NCBI GenBank assembly: GCA_963809895.1
Contig: CAWELD010000003.1
Span: forward strand, 1,952,001 to 2,016,000
Direction of reading: 5' to 3'
Length of the DNA: 64,000 nt
Source: an uncultured Gemmatimonadales bacterium
GTDB lineage: Bacteria > Gemmatimonadota > Gemmatimonadetes > Longimicrobiales > Gaopeijiaceae
The notes under the pieces were generated by a model. That model saw only the letters and a program-made list of their open reading frames with translations. It made no database searches and was not told where the DNA came from. Positions within the stretch are counted from its first letter, which is position 1, and the number at the start of each line of letters is the position of its first letter. Positions 1 through 9,509 of this stretch are shown here, piece by piece. The translations under genes were made by a program, and so were the position numbers.

Positions 1-188
1 ATGGCGCCGCCCGGGCCCGCCGCGCGGTCCGTGGTGCCGAGGATCGCCCGCCCCAACGCTTCGGGCGTGGCGAAGACGCCCCGCATCGATGCCAGGTTCA
101 CGAAGGCGAAGAGGAGGACCACCGCCGCGTAGCCCAGGAGCCCGGCGATGAAGCCGTCCAGGACGAGTTGCTTGCGTGTCCGGTGCAT
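1..188 (-). CDS. Hypothetical membrane protein, N-terminal part (runs off window start)
   Basis: Manual translation from ATG at 188: MHRTRKQLVLDGFIAGLLGYAAVVLLFAFVNLASMRGVFATPEALGRAIL; hydrophobic helix, GC-rich third positions. Confidence 0.6.
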   Translation of the reverse strand, partial: MHRTRKQLVLDGFIAGLLGYAAVVLLFAFVNLASMRGVFATPEALGRAILGTTDRAAGPGGA

Positions 189-289
189 GCGGCCTCCGCG
201 GATGGAGGGAAACGGTTCGACCCACATTCATCATGGCGCGCCCGGCCGGCGAGCGCCGTCGGGAGTTGGGCGTGGATCCGTGTGGGGGG

Positions 290-505
290 GTGCCCCATGG
301 GCGGGGCTGGGGGCGGGTGGTGAGGCTGGCGGGCGGGGGGCGGCGGGGGCGGGTGGGCGGGGCTGGCCGGGTGGGGGTCGGCGGGGGCGGGCGGGGCGGC
401 GGCGCGGGCGGGCGGGGCGGCGGGGTGGATGGGCGAGGCTGGCCGGGTGGGGGTCGGCGGGGGCGGGTGAGGCGGCGGCGGGGGCGGGTGAGGCTGCCGG
501 GCGGA
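290..505. repeat. G-rich low-complexity tract (GGCGGG runs); similar tracts at ~890-1010 and ~1200-1285
   Basis: Strong G skew; sub-repeat GGCTGGCCGGGTGGGGGTCGGCGGGGGCGGG occurs twice. Confidence 0.8.
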
Positions 506-514
506 CGGAAGATC

Positions 515-688
515 GCCGTCAACCCTGCAAGCGGCGCCATTTTCAGGGCGCGTGCAGCGTTCGCGGCAATTATCGCCCTCCGCGGCGCAGGCGATCGGGG
601 GGCGGAGGGCGCATGCGGCCGGCACGGTGATTATCGCCGTCGCGGCCGCGAGCGGGCGCTCAGGAGCGCCGCGTGCGTGGTTGACGGC
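515..688. repeat. 174-bp TIR-bounded element, copy 1
   Basis: GCCGTCAACC (515-524) ... GGTTGACGGC (679-688); near-identical to 716-889 and 1021-1194. Confidence 0.92.
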
Positions 689-715
689 AACGGCCGGCGG
701 GGCGGTCGGAAGATC

Positions 716-889
716 GCCGTCAACCCTGCAAGCGGCGCCATTTTCAGGGCGCGTGCGGCGCTCGCGGCAATTATCGCCCTCCGCGGCGCAGGCGATCGGG
801 GGGCGGAGGGTGCATGCGGCCGGCCCGGTGATTATCGCCGTCGCGGCCGCGAGCGGGCGCTCAGGAGCGCCGCGTGCGCGGTTGACGGC
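716..889. repeat. 174-bp TIR-bounded element, copy 2
   Basis: Same ends and length as copy 1, few substitutions. Confidence 0.92.
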
Positions 890-1020
890 AACGGCCGGCG
901 GGGCGGGCGGCGCGGGTGGGCGAGGCCGGCGGGGCGAGCGGCGGGCGCGGGTGGGCGAGGCAGGCTGGGCGGGCGGGGCGGCGGCGCGGGCGGGTGAGGC
1001 TGCCGGGCGGTCGGAAGATC

Positions 1021-1194
1021 GCCGTCAACCCTGCAAGCGGCGCCATTTCCAGGGCGCGTGCGGCGCTCGCGGCAATTATCGCCCTCCGCGGCGCAGGCGA
1101 TCGGGGGGCGGGGGGCGCATGCGGCCGGCACGGTGATTATCGCCGCCGCGGCCGCGAGCGGGCGCTCAGGAGCGCCGCGTGCGCGGTTGACGGC
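1021..1194. repeat. 174-bp TIR-bounded element, copy 3
   Basis: Same ends and length as copy 1, few substitutions. Confidence 0.92.
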
Positions 1195-1427
1195 AACGGC
1201 CGGCGCGGGCGTGTGACGGCGGCGGGCGGCGGCGCGGGGCGAGGCTGGCCGGGCGGAGGTCGGCGCCGGCGGGGGCGGGCGGGTGCCAGCGCCGCCCGCA
1301 AGGCGCCGCGTCGCGCCCGACGGCAACCCCCGGCGAGGGTGAAACGGCGCCGAGCCAGGCGGTGCGTGACCAATCGGGCCCACCGCCGTGCGCGCTCGCC
1401 ACCGCCGCCCACCGGCCATCCCCCCTC

Positions 1428-1456
1428 TTGCGTTATTACGAAGTCTTTCGTATGAT
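1428..1456 (+). promoter_or_regulatory. Sigma70-like promoter with overlapping operator palindrome, upstream of BlaI-family gene
   Basis: TTGCGT (1428-1433)-N17-TATGAT (1451-1456); TACGAA-gtct-TTCGTA at 1437-1452; ATG follows 6 nt after the -10. Confidence 0.75.
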
Positions 1457-1462
1457 CGGCAC

Positions 1463-1858
1463 ATGACGAATCCGACGGAGTTCACCGACCGCGAACTGGG
1501 GATCATGGGTGTCCTGTGGCGGAACGGGTCCGGCACGGTGGCCGAGGTCCGCGAAGCGCTGGACTGGGACGTGGGATACACCACCGTCCTCAAGCTCCTG
1601 CAGATCCTCGAGGAGAAGGGTGCCGTGCGGCACGAGGCCGAAGGCCGGGCCTATCGCTACATCCCGGTGACCGACGCTGACGACGCCGGCAGTCTGGCGC
1701 TCCGTCGGCTGCTGGACACGGTGTTCGGCGGCTCGGCCGAGTTGGCGCTGGCGCGCCTGGTGTCGGAGGCCCCGCCGTCGCAGGCGGAGCTGGCCCGCAT
1801 GCGCGCCCTCCTGGACGAGCTCTCCGATGACGAGGGGGAGGAGGACGAGGGGTCATGA
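1463..1858 (+). CDS. BlaI/MecI/CopY family transcriptional repressor
   Basis: TDRELGIMGVLW..GSGTVAEVRE..YTTVLKLLQILEEKG..EGRAYRY..VFGGS; ATGA overlap with M56 gene. Confidence 0.93.
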   Translation: MTNPTEFTDRELGIMGVLWRNGSGTVAEVREALDWDVGYTTVLKLLQILEEKGAVRHEAEGRAYRYIPVTDADDAGSLALRRLLDTVFGGSAELALARLVSEAPPSQAELARMRALLDELSDDEGEEDEGS

Positions 1859-3554
1859 GCGCATTGACGTTGCTGTACGCCGCGGTGGTGGGGCTCCTGC
1901 TCACGGGAGCCGCCGCGGGCATGGAAGCGGCCCTCAGGCACCGGCGCCGGCCGGCGCGGGGCGTGTGGGTGGCCGCCATGGTGGCGACCCTGACCGCACC
2001 GCTGTGGGGTCCGGCGTTGGCGGGTCTCCGGGACGGCGGCGCGTCGGCGCCCTCCGCCATGCAGATTCGCGAGGTACAGGCGGGTGGTGCGCAAGCGACG
2101 GCCACCGCAGGGCCGTCGCTGGTCCAGCGTGCGAGCGCGGCGCTGGAGCGCGTCACCACCGTCATGGCCCAACCCAATCCATGGCTGACGCTGGCCTGGG
2201 GATTGGCGGCCGGCCTGGGCACGCTGCTGGTGCTGGGCGCGCTCATCCGGCTGCGCCGCCGCCTGGATCGGTGGCCTCGCACCCGGGTCGGAGGAGATCC
2301 GGTGGTCCTGGCCCCCGACTTCGGGCCGGCGTGCATCGGGCTCAGCCGTCCCCGGGTGGTGCTGCCCCGCTGGGCGCTGGGATTCGGCCCCCACGACCTC
2401 GACCTCATGCTGAGGCACGAGCAGTCGCACGGCCGGGCCCGGGATCCGCTCCTGCTGGCAGGAGCGCTGGCGGCGGTGGCGATCTCTCCCTGGAACCCGG
2501 CGCTGTGGTGGCAGCTCCTCCGGCTGCGCCGGGCGGTGGAGCTCGACTGCGATCGACGCGTCCTGGCGAGCGGCGCCTCGCCGGCGGCCTACGGCGGCAT
2601 GCTCGTGGCCGTTCTCAGCCGCGTGCGCGGTGGGGCCTTCCCCGCTGCCGCCCTCATCGAACCTGCATCGTTTCTCGAACGGAGGCTCACCCTCATGAAG
2701 ACCCGTACGCGCATCGGACTGGCCCGCACCGTGGGCGCGCTGGCCCTTGCCGGCGTCCTGGTGGCCCTGGCCTGCGAGACCCCCGCTCCCGACCCGGTGC
2801 AGCCCGAGATGGAGACGGCGGAACAGGAGGGCGGCACCTATAAGGTGCAGGAGGTGAGCGGATCGGCCAGTCGCTTCCGGACGCCGGCGACATGCGCCTG
2901 TCCAGCCTTCCCGCGGGAGCCACCCTGTGGGTGGACGGTGTGGAGGTCCCCGATTGGAAGCTGGTGGACGGGCAGCCGGACTTCCCGGGCTTCGATCCGG
3001 CCGACATCGCCCGTGTGGAAATCGTGAAGGGGCCGAGCGAGCACGCCATCCGGATCACCACGAAGGAAGGCTTGACGTCTGCCAAGGCCCACTTCGAGGC
3101 TCAGCAGGACGACAAGTGGCGCGCCTCGCTGCAAGAGGTCGAGGTGAAGGGACTGCCGGCCGACAAGAGCACATTGAGACGGGCGCCCGGCGGTGAGAAG
3201 AGCACGCTGGAGCTCCGCGAGGTCCCGGTCGAGCTCACCCCGGATCGATCCAAGGCCGAGTCCAACGACTGGATGAACGACAAGTCCCAGGCCGCCCGGG
3301 AGCGGGAGTTGGTCAGGGAGCGGTTGGCAGCCGACGACCGCGACGCGCCGGTACAGGGCACCCTCCGCAGGGCGCCCTCGCTGGAGCCGCTCATCCTGGT
3401 GGACGGCAAGCGGGCGGAGGGCGGCCTCAAGATGATCGCCGACCTGGACGTGAAGAGCGTCGAGATCATCAAGGGCGCGGCGGCCGAGGCGACGTACGGC
3501 CCCGACGGTCGCAACGGCGTGGTTCTGGTCACCACCCGGGGGGGCGGAAACTGA
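1855..3554 (+). CDS. M56 (BlaR1-like) metallopeptidase with C-terminal TonB-receptor plug-like domains; frameshift near 2875
   Basis: TM helices, HEQSH, PWNPALWW, ELDCD motifs in 1855..3027; plug-like PLILVDG..VEIIKGAAAEATYG..GVVLVTT in 2892..3554. Confidence 0.85.
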
Positions 3555-3678
3555 CCAGGACCGGGACGCGGTGCGCGCGGGGCCTGACGGGCCTCGCCGC
3601 TCCCGTCCTCTCCATCGCCCTCGTCCTCACGGGCCTGCCCGGGCAACTCCCGGCGCAGGCCCGTCGGTCGTAAGACGC

Positions 3679-5880
3679 CTACTGCCCCGACTCCGACGTG
3701 TCCGGAATCCCCCTGGACCCGCCCTGGGCCACGATCCCGAAGGCCTGGGCGTCCTCCTCCAGGCCCTGCACCACGCTCTGGGGCTGCCCCTGGACGCGGG
3801 CGATGTCGGAGAGCTGCAGCGCCAGTGCGTAGAAGTGCCAGGGGATGTTGAGCGTGGAGCGGTCGGTCCAGATGTCCCGGTCCCGGAGTCCCCGGTAGCG
3901 GTACACGTCGCGGTAGAGCCGGAAGGAGCGATCGGCGTCGAACCACTCGCCGCCGTACGACGGGGTGCCCTGCACGTAGGCCTCGTTGTTCTCGGGGCCC
4001 TGCAGGTCCAGCTTGGTGACGATCCCCTGTCGCACCGCGAAGGGCCGGAGTCCCATCTGGTCCATCATCCCGCTGGTGCTGGAGAAGTAGATGGGTCGCT
4101 CGCCCAGCGAGTCGCGGATGACGGCCAACGCCAGTCGCTGGCCCCGGTCCAGGTACATCCCCTTGGGGAAGGTCAGGGCGATACTGCCGAAGGGGATGGT
4201 CTGGTCGGTGGGTAGCGTGCCCCCGACCACGCTGTCCATCTGCTCCCGGGTGAGCCGGGTGATGGGCTGATTGGGCACGTCGGCGGCCCGGTAGATCCCC
4301 CCGGCGTCGCCGGGTCGGAAGGGACGCTGCGTGCCCGGACGCGTCAGGTCCTGGAGCTGCGCCAGGTACCATCCCGTGCGCAGGTACTCGCCGACGATGA
4401 CCGTCACGTCCCGGCGCACGCCCTCCACCTCCTGCACGTACCAGAGCGGAAAGGTGTCGTTGTCGCCGTTGGTGAAGATGACGCCGTAGGGCTCCACGCT
4501 GGCCAGGAGGTCGTAGGCCCAGTCCCGCGCGGCCCAGTCCCCGGCGCGGCTCGCCCACGCCCAGTTCAGGGTCAGGGGGATGAAGGCCACCAGGAGCACG
4601 GGCGACGTCAGCAGGTAGCGCCGCGCTCCGCGCACGCGCTCGGCCAACACGGCCCAGCACCAGGCGAGACCCATGCCGGCCAGCAGGCCCCACAGTCCGA
4701 AGCCCGCCACGAAGAAGTAGTCGCGCTCGCGCACCTCGTGCCGCGCGAGATCGGTGACCTCGGGGGCGAGGGAATAGCCGTACTTGAAGTTCAGGTAGAC
4801 GACCAGTCCCACGGTGAGGGTCAACGTCAATCCCCCGAGATAGACCGCCGCCATGCGATCCGTGCGCACCACGGCCCACAGCCCCGCCAGCCCCAGCACC
4901 CCGAAGAGGAGGGTGAAGAGGGTGCGCGAGGGCGTGCCGGGCAGCTCGGAGCGGGCGGCGCCCCGGGACCACTGCCAGTCGAAGTACTGGTACCAGTTGA
5001 GCATCTGGGCGCCGAAGGGCGCCTTGCGCTGCGTCACGGGGATGGGCTGGTACTGGGCCCTGGACAGGTTGTAGGCCAGGTTGGGGCAGCCCGCCTTGCC
5101 GTTGGTGAAGACGGCCACGGCGGCGCCGGTGGCGCTCTCGCAGGTGGGCTCGCCTTCGTTGATGACCGGATTCTCGGCGGCGCGGATGGGCAGGAAGAAG
5201 TTCAGCGACACGCCCAGCGCCAGCAGCGGAATCCCCAGCGCCCAGAGCCGCCCCCGCAGCAGCGTGCGCGGCTCCACCCCCAGCACGAAGAGCGCCAGCA
5301 CGGGCAAGGGCAGCACCGACATGAGATGGTTCGTGGAGCCCAGCGCCAACAGATAGCCCGCCAGGAGCAGGTAGCGGAGGCTCCCGGGGCGATCACGGAG
5401 GTCCCGCCAGCGCAGCGCCAGCCAGCTCGCCAGGGCGATGACCAGCATGCTCACCGTGTAGACCTTCTCGTTCACGTTGGACTGGTTCCACACGGTGAAG
5501 GCGGTGCCCGCCACCAGCACCGCCACCGCCGCGCCGGCCAGCGCGGCCCGGCGATCCTTCAACACCGGGGTCAGGAGCCGGTGCGCCACCAGGAACCACA
5601 ACGCCGCCGATGCCGCGCTGGTGGTGGCCGCGAACAGGTTCATGCGCACCGCCACCGACAGGCCCGTGGGGGCCAGCAGCACGATCCACACCCGTCCCAG
5701 CGACACGAACAGGGGATTTCCGGGCGGGTGGGGCAGCCCGAGGATGTACGCCGTGGAGATGTACTCGCTGGTGTCCCACATGGCCGTGGACGGCGCCAGC
5801 GTCAGCGCGTACAGCGCCAGCAGCGCCAATCCCGTCAGCGCCGCCGCCAGATAGGGCGGCCGGTAGCTCTCCTCGCTCAT
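3679..5880 (-). CDS. DUF2723 / TMEM260-like GT-C membrane glycosyltransferase
   Basis: WDTSEY..LGLPHPPGNP, EVRERDYFF, FTNGDNDTFPLWYVQEVEG motifs; many TM helices. Confidence 0.88.
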   Translation of the reverse strand: MSEESYRPPYLAAALTGLALLALYALTLAPSTAMWDTSEYISTAYILGLPHPPGNPLFVSLGRVWIVLLAPTGLSVAVRMNLFAATTSAASAALWFLVAHRLLTPVLKDRRAALAGAAVAVLVAGTAFTVWNQSNVNEKVYTVSMLVIALASWLALRWRDLRDRPGSLRYLLLAGYLLALGSTNHLMSVLPLPVLALFVLGVEPRTLLRGRLWALGIPLLALGVSLNFFLPIRAAENPVINEGEPTCESATGAAVAVFTNGKAGCPNLAYNLSRAQYQPIPVTQRKAPFGAQMLNWYQYFDWQWSRGAARSELPGTPSRTLFTLLFGVLGLAGLWAVVRTDRMAAVYLGGLTLTLTVGLVVYLNFKYGYSLAPEVTDLARHEVRERDYFFVAGFGLWGLLAGMGLAWCWAVLAERVRGARRYLLTSPVLLVAFIPLTLNWAWASRAGDWAARDWAYDLLASVEPYGVIFTNGDNDTFPLWYVQEVEGVRRDVTVIVGEYLRTGWYLAQLQDLTRPGTQRPFRPGDAGGIYRAADVPNQPITRLTREQMDSVVGGTLPTDQTIPFGSIALTFPKGMYLDRGQRLALAVIRDSLGERPIYFSSTSGMMDQMGLRPFAVRQGIVTKLDLQGPENNEAYVQGTPSYGGEWFDADRSFRLYRDVYRYRGLRDRDIWTDRSTLNIPWHFYALALQLSDIARVQGQPQSVVQGLEEDAQAFGIVAQGGSRGIPDTSESGQ

Positions 5881-6989
5881 GCGCCGGAGCCCGTCCAGCG
5901 AATGCGCCAGATGCGCCCGGCTGCGTCGTCGGAGAGGAAGAGGCTGCCGTCGGGGCCCACCACCGGATACACCGGGCGTCCGCCCACCCGCTGACGCGGA
6001 CCCAGCCAGCCCGTGGCGAAGTCCTCGTAGCCCGTGGGCCGGCCGTTCTCCACGGTCACGCGCACCAGCTTGTAGCCGGTGGGCACGGAGCGATTCCAGG
6101 AGCCGTGGAAGGCCAGGAAGAGGTCGCCCCGGTATTGCTCGGGGAACTGATCGGCGGTGTAGAAGACCATGCCCAGCGGCGCCGAGTGGGCCTGCATCTC
6201 CAGCGCCGGCGGCGTGGTGCCGTCGCAGCGCCCGGTCCGGTCCTGGTACTCGGGATTGGCGATGCGCTGGCCGTAGCAGTAGGGCCAGCCGAAGTCGTCA
6301 CCGTCGGCCAGGATGTTGATCTCCTCGGGCGGACGGTCGTCGCCGAGCTGGTCCCGCTCGTTCTGGCTCGCCCACAGCTCGCCGGTCTCGGGATTGAAGG
6401 CCAGCCCCGCCGAGTTGCGGAGGCCCGACGCGATCACCTCGCCGCCGGAGCCGTCGGGGTTGTAGCGGCTCACTGCGGCCCGCCGTGCATCCGACTCCTC
6501 GCAGATGTTGCACGAGGAGCCCACCGACAGATAGAGCATGCCGTCGGGCCCGAAGGCGATCTCCCGGGTCCAGTGGCCGCCGGTGGGAATGTCGGGAATC
6601 ACCACCTCGGGCGACGCGCTGGCGTAGTCCGGCCCCTGGAAGCGCACCACCTGGTTGGTCTCGCCCACGTACATGAAGCCGTCGTGGAAGGCGAGGCCGT
6701 AGGGCCTGCGCAGCCCGTCCACCACCGTTTCAGGCTGCGGCGGGTCCGCGTCCGGACTCATGCGCACGATGCGCCCCTCCGACGACTGCACCGCGTAGAG
6801 GGCGCCGTCGGGTCCGATCTTGAGCGTGCGAACGCCCTGCAATCCCTGCGCCCACAGCTCGATCTGGAAGCCCGCGGGCACCTGGATGTCGCCTTCCCCC
6901 ACGGCCTGGCCGGTCACGCCGTCGGCACCACAGGCCGCGGTGGCGAGCAGCCCCAGCAGGGCCAGTCCTCCTCTCCACGCTCCACGCAT
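5877..6989 (-). CDS. PQQ-dependent sugar (glucose/sorbosone) dehydrogenase family lipoprotein
   Basis: Lipobox LATAAC; GHWTR, SVGSSCNIC, GLRNS, FGWPYC, AHSAPLG, AFHGSWNR. Confidence 0.9.
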   Translation of the reverse strand: MRGAWRGGLALLGLLATAACGADGVTGQAVGEGDIQVPAGFQIELWAQGLQGVRTLKIGPDGALYAVQSSEGRIVRMSPDADPPQPETVVDGLRRPYGLAFHDGFMYVGETNQVVRFQGPDYASASPEVVIPDIPTGGHWTREIAFGPDGMLYLSVGSSCNICEESDARRAAVSRYNPDGSGGEVIASGLRNSAGLAFNPETGELWASQNERDQLGDDRPPEEINILADGDDFGWPYCYGQRIANPEYQDRTGRCDGTTPPALEMQAHSAPLGMVFYTADQFPEQYRGDLFLAFHGSWNRSVPTGYKLVRVTVENGRPTGYEDFATGWLGPRQRVGGRPVYPVVGPDGSLFLSDDAAGRIWRIRWTGSGA

Positions 6990-7179
6990 GTCGCTCTCCC
7001 TCGTTCGGACTCGTCGCTGCGCGCCGCGAATATAGCGAGGGGCACCCTGGCGTGCTGCCCGCCCGGACGGTTGGCAGCCCACGGTGGCGGCCGCTAGAAT
7101 CCGTGCCGAGGCGCCCCGCGGGAGCCCGCGCCGTGCCTCGCTCGTCCCTCCGGCCCGATCCCCGTTCCAGCTACCGCCC

Positions 7180-8286
7180 ATGCCCCTCGCCCTGTGGCGC
7201 ACCTTCCGGTACGCCCGCGGGTGGCTCCGTGATCCCTCCGACGTGCGCGCCTCGGAGGTCGAGCTGCCCGCGCAGGGCGGGGTCCTGCCGGCCACGCTGC
7301 TGCGGCCGATGGGCGGGCGGGCCGCGCTGCCGGCGTGGGTGGTGCTGCACGGGATCACCCGTCCCGGCCGAGCCCACCCCACCCTGCTCCGTTTCGCCCG
7401 AGCGTTGGCCGGCAGCGGCTCGGCGGTCCTGATCCCCGAGGTGCCCGAGTGGGTGGATCTGCGGCTCGCGCCCCACCGCACGCTGCCCACGGTGCTTTCC
7501 GCGCTGGACGCGCTGGAGACGCTTCCCGGCGTGCGGCCGGCGCCGGCGGGACTGGTGGGATTCTCTTTCGGCGCGCCGCAGGCGTTCCTGGCCGCCGCCG
7601 ATCCCCGGGTGGCGAACCGGGTCGGCGTGGTGGCGGGCTTCGGCGGCTACTGCGACCTGGAGCGCACGCTCCGCTTCCAGATCACCGGCGAGCACGAGTG
7701 GCGCGGCGAGATGCGGCGCCTGCGCCCCGATCCCTACGGACGGTGGATCGTGGCGGCCAACTATCTCACCCGCGTGCCGGGCTTCGAAGACGCCGGTGCG
7801 GTGACCGGGGCGCTGCACCGGCTCGCGGCCCGGGCGGGCGAGGCTCGCGTGCAGGCGTGGGATCCCTCGTACGATGCCCTCAAGGACGAGCTGGCCGAGG
7901 CGCTGTCGCCCGACGAGGGCGAGCTGTTCCGGTATTTCGCGCCCCCGTCGGCGGACGATCCGAGGCCCGCCGACCCGAGGGCCGAGGAGTGGGTCGCCCG
8001 CCTCGGCGCCGCCGCGCGCCGCGTGGATCCCCTGGTGGACGCCGCGGCGCGGCTGGACGCCATCCCGGTACCGGTCCACATCCTCCACGGCCGGGCCGAC
8101 ACGCTCATCCCCTTCACCGAGAGCCTGCGCATGGCCGAGCGTCTCGAAGGTCGCGCGCGGGTGTCCACCACCGTGACGGGACTGTTCGCCCATTCCGGCG
8201 AGCACGGCGGTGGCGGGCTGGGACCGCGCCTGCGGGAACGGGTGACCTTCGTGCGGGCCCTGGGACGGCTGCTGCGGGCGATCTAG
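7180..8286 (+). CDS. Alpha/beta-hydrolase fold protein
   Basis: VVLHG, GFSFG nucleophile elbow, HGRADTLIP, FAH. Confidence 0.78.
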   Translation: MPLALWRTFRYARGWLRDPSDVRASEVELPAQGGVLPATLLRPMGGRAALPAWVVLHGITRPGRAHPTLLRFARALAGSGSAVLIPEVPEWVDLRLAPHRTLPTVLSALDALETLPGVRPAPAGLVGFSFGAPQAFLAAADPRVANRVGVVAGFGGYCDLERTLRFQITGEHEWRGEMRRLRPDPYGRWIVAANYLTRVPGFEDAGAVTGALHRLAARAGEARVQAWDPSYDALKDELAEALSPDEGELFRYFAPPSADDPRPADPRAEEWVARLGAAARRVDPLVDAAARLDAIPVPVHILHGRADTLIPFTESLRMAERLEGRARVSTTVTGLFAHSGEHGGGGLGPRLRERVTFVRALGRLLRAI

Positions 8287-8312
8287 CTGGTCGCGCAGCG
8301 TCGAGCCCGGGC

Positions 8313-9407
8313 TCAGGAGCGCGCGCGGTCCCTCACGACGGCGCGCACGGCGGCGCGCACCTCGGGATCCCGGGCTTCCAGTCCCTCGGCGAGCACCGCC
8401 TTGGCGTGGGGCGTGCCGATGGCTCCCAACGCCCGGAACGCGGCGATGCGGAGCGGCACGGGAGAGCGGGAGAAGATCGACGAGGTGGCGCGCTTCTCGA
8501 TGGCGGGCACCGCTCCGGGGTCGCCGAGCTGACCCAACGACCGCAGGATCTCCACCTGCACGTCGACGTTCTCCTCTCGCTCGAGCAGGTCGAGCAGGGG
8601 TCGCACCGCCCGCTGGGCCCCCAGCACCCCCACGGCCATGGCGGCGGCGGCGCGCACGTCGACGTCGGGATCCTCGAGCATCCCCAGGATGAGCTGCGTG
8701 GCGTCCTCGCTGCCGAGGCGGGCCAGCGCCATGATCGCTTCGCGGCGCACCCGGGGATGCTGGTGCGCCAGCACGGTGGTGAGCGGCTCGATGGAGTCCT
8801 GGGAGGCCATCTCGCCGAGCACGGCCACGCCGTTGCGCACCACGAACCAGCGGGGATCCGCGATCATGTCGGTCACCACGTCCGGAGCGCGGGGCGCGAC
8901 CCGGACCAGGGCGTCGAGCAGTGCGCGCCGCTGGCTGCGGTCCTCGGCCTCCTCCAGCCCCAGGGCCAGCGCCCGGGCCATGGTGGGGCCGAGCCGGCCG
9001 GCCACCCCCACGAGCTCGCCCCGGCGGGCTTCATCGCGCGACGCCGCCCGCAGCTCGTCGGTAATGCGGCGCGCCACCCTGGGCGTAGTGAGCTGACGAG
9101 CCAACGAGGCAGCGCCGTCGGAGCCTTCGAGACGGGCCAGTCGCTCCACGACCTCGGTCAGGGTCACTTCTCGACCCGGGTCGCGACCCGCGGAGGATCC
9201 GGCTTCGAGCAGCGCCCAGCCGAGGTCCTCCCGCTCGGCCGGCGACGCCCTGACGAAGGCGCCCAGACTGGCGAGCAGGGCGTCCTCGTCCACGCGCCCA
9301 GAAACGGAGTCCGGCAGCGGCACGGACTCCGGTGGGCGGCCCTGGAAAAGCCCCGTCAGAGAGCGGACGAGACCCCTCGGCTCGGCGGATTCGGGTTTGC
9401 TCGGCAT
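8313..9407 (-). CDS. HEAT repeat protein
   Basis: DPRWFVVRN, HPRVRREA, DVDVRAAA, DPEVRAAV repeats. Confidence 0.85.
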   Translation of the reverse strand: MPSKPESAEPRGLVRSLTGLFQGRPPESVPLPDSVSGRVDEDALLASLGAFVRASPAEREDLGWALLEAGSSAGRDPGREVTLTEVVERLARLEGSDGAASLARQLTTPRVARRITDELRAASRDEARRGELVGVAGRLGPTMARALALGLEEAEDRSQRRALLDALVRVAPRAPDVVTDMIADPRWFVVRNGVAVLGEMASQDSIEPLTTVLAHQHPRVRREAIMALARLGSEDATQLILGMLEDPDVDVRAAAAMAVGVLGAQRAVRPLLDLLEREENVDVQVEILRSLGQLGDPGAVPAIEKRATSSIFSRSPVPLRIAAFRALGAIGTPHAKAVLAEGLEARDPEVRAAVRAVVRDRARS

Positions 9408-9509
9408 GGCGATTCCCGCAGAGCGACGCGGAGGGAGAGACTCCTACAAAGGTACGACATGGCGTCGCAGGTCTCCAAACCCCGCGTGCGCGGGAAGGTT
9501 GCGCGATCC

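Noticed and set aside
506..1200. CRISPR array (palindromic motif at ~60-bp period)
   Set aside because: Motifs are short and degenerate, the would-be spacers repeat between copies, and no cas genes are present
98..1455. Pro/Arg/Gly-rich ORFs over the repeat region
   Set aside because: Products of low-complexity GC repeats with no recognisable domain
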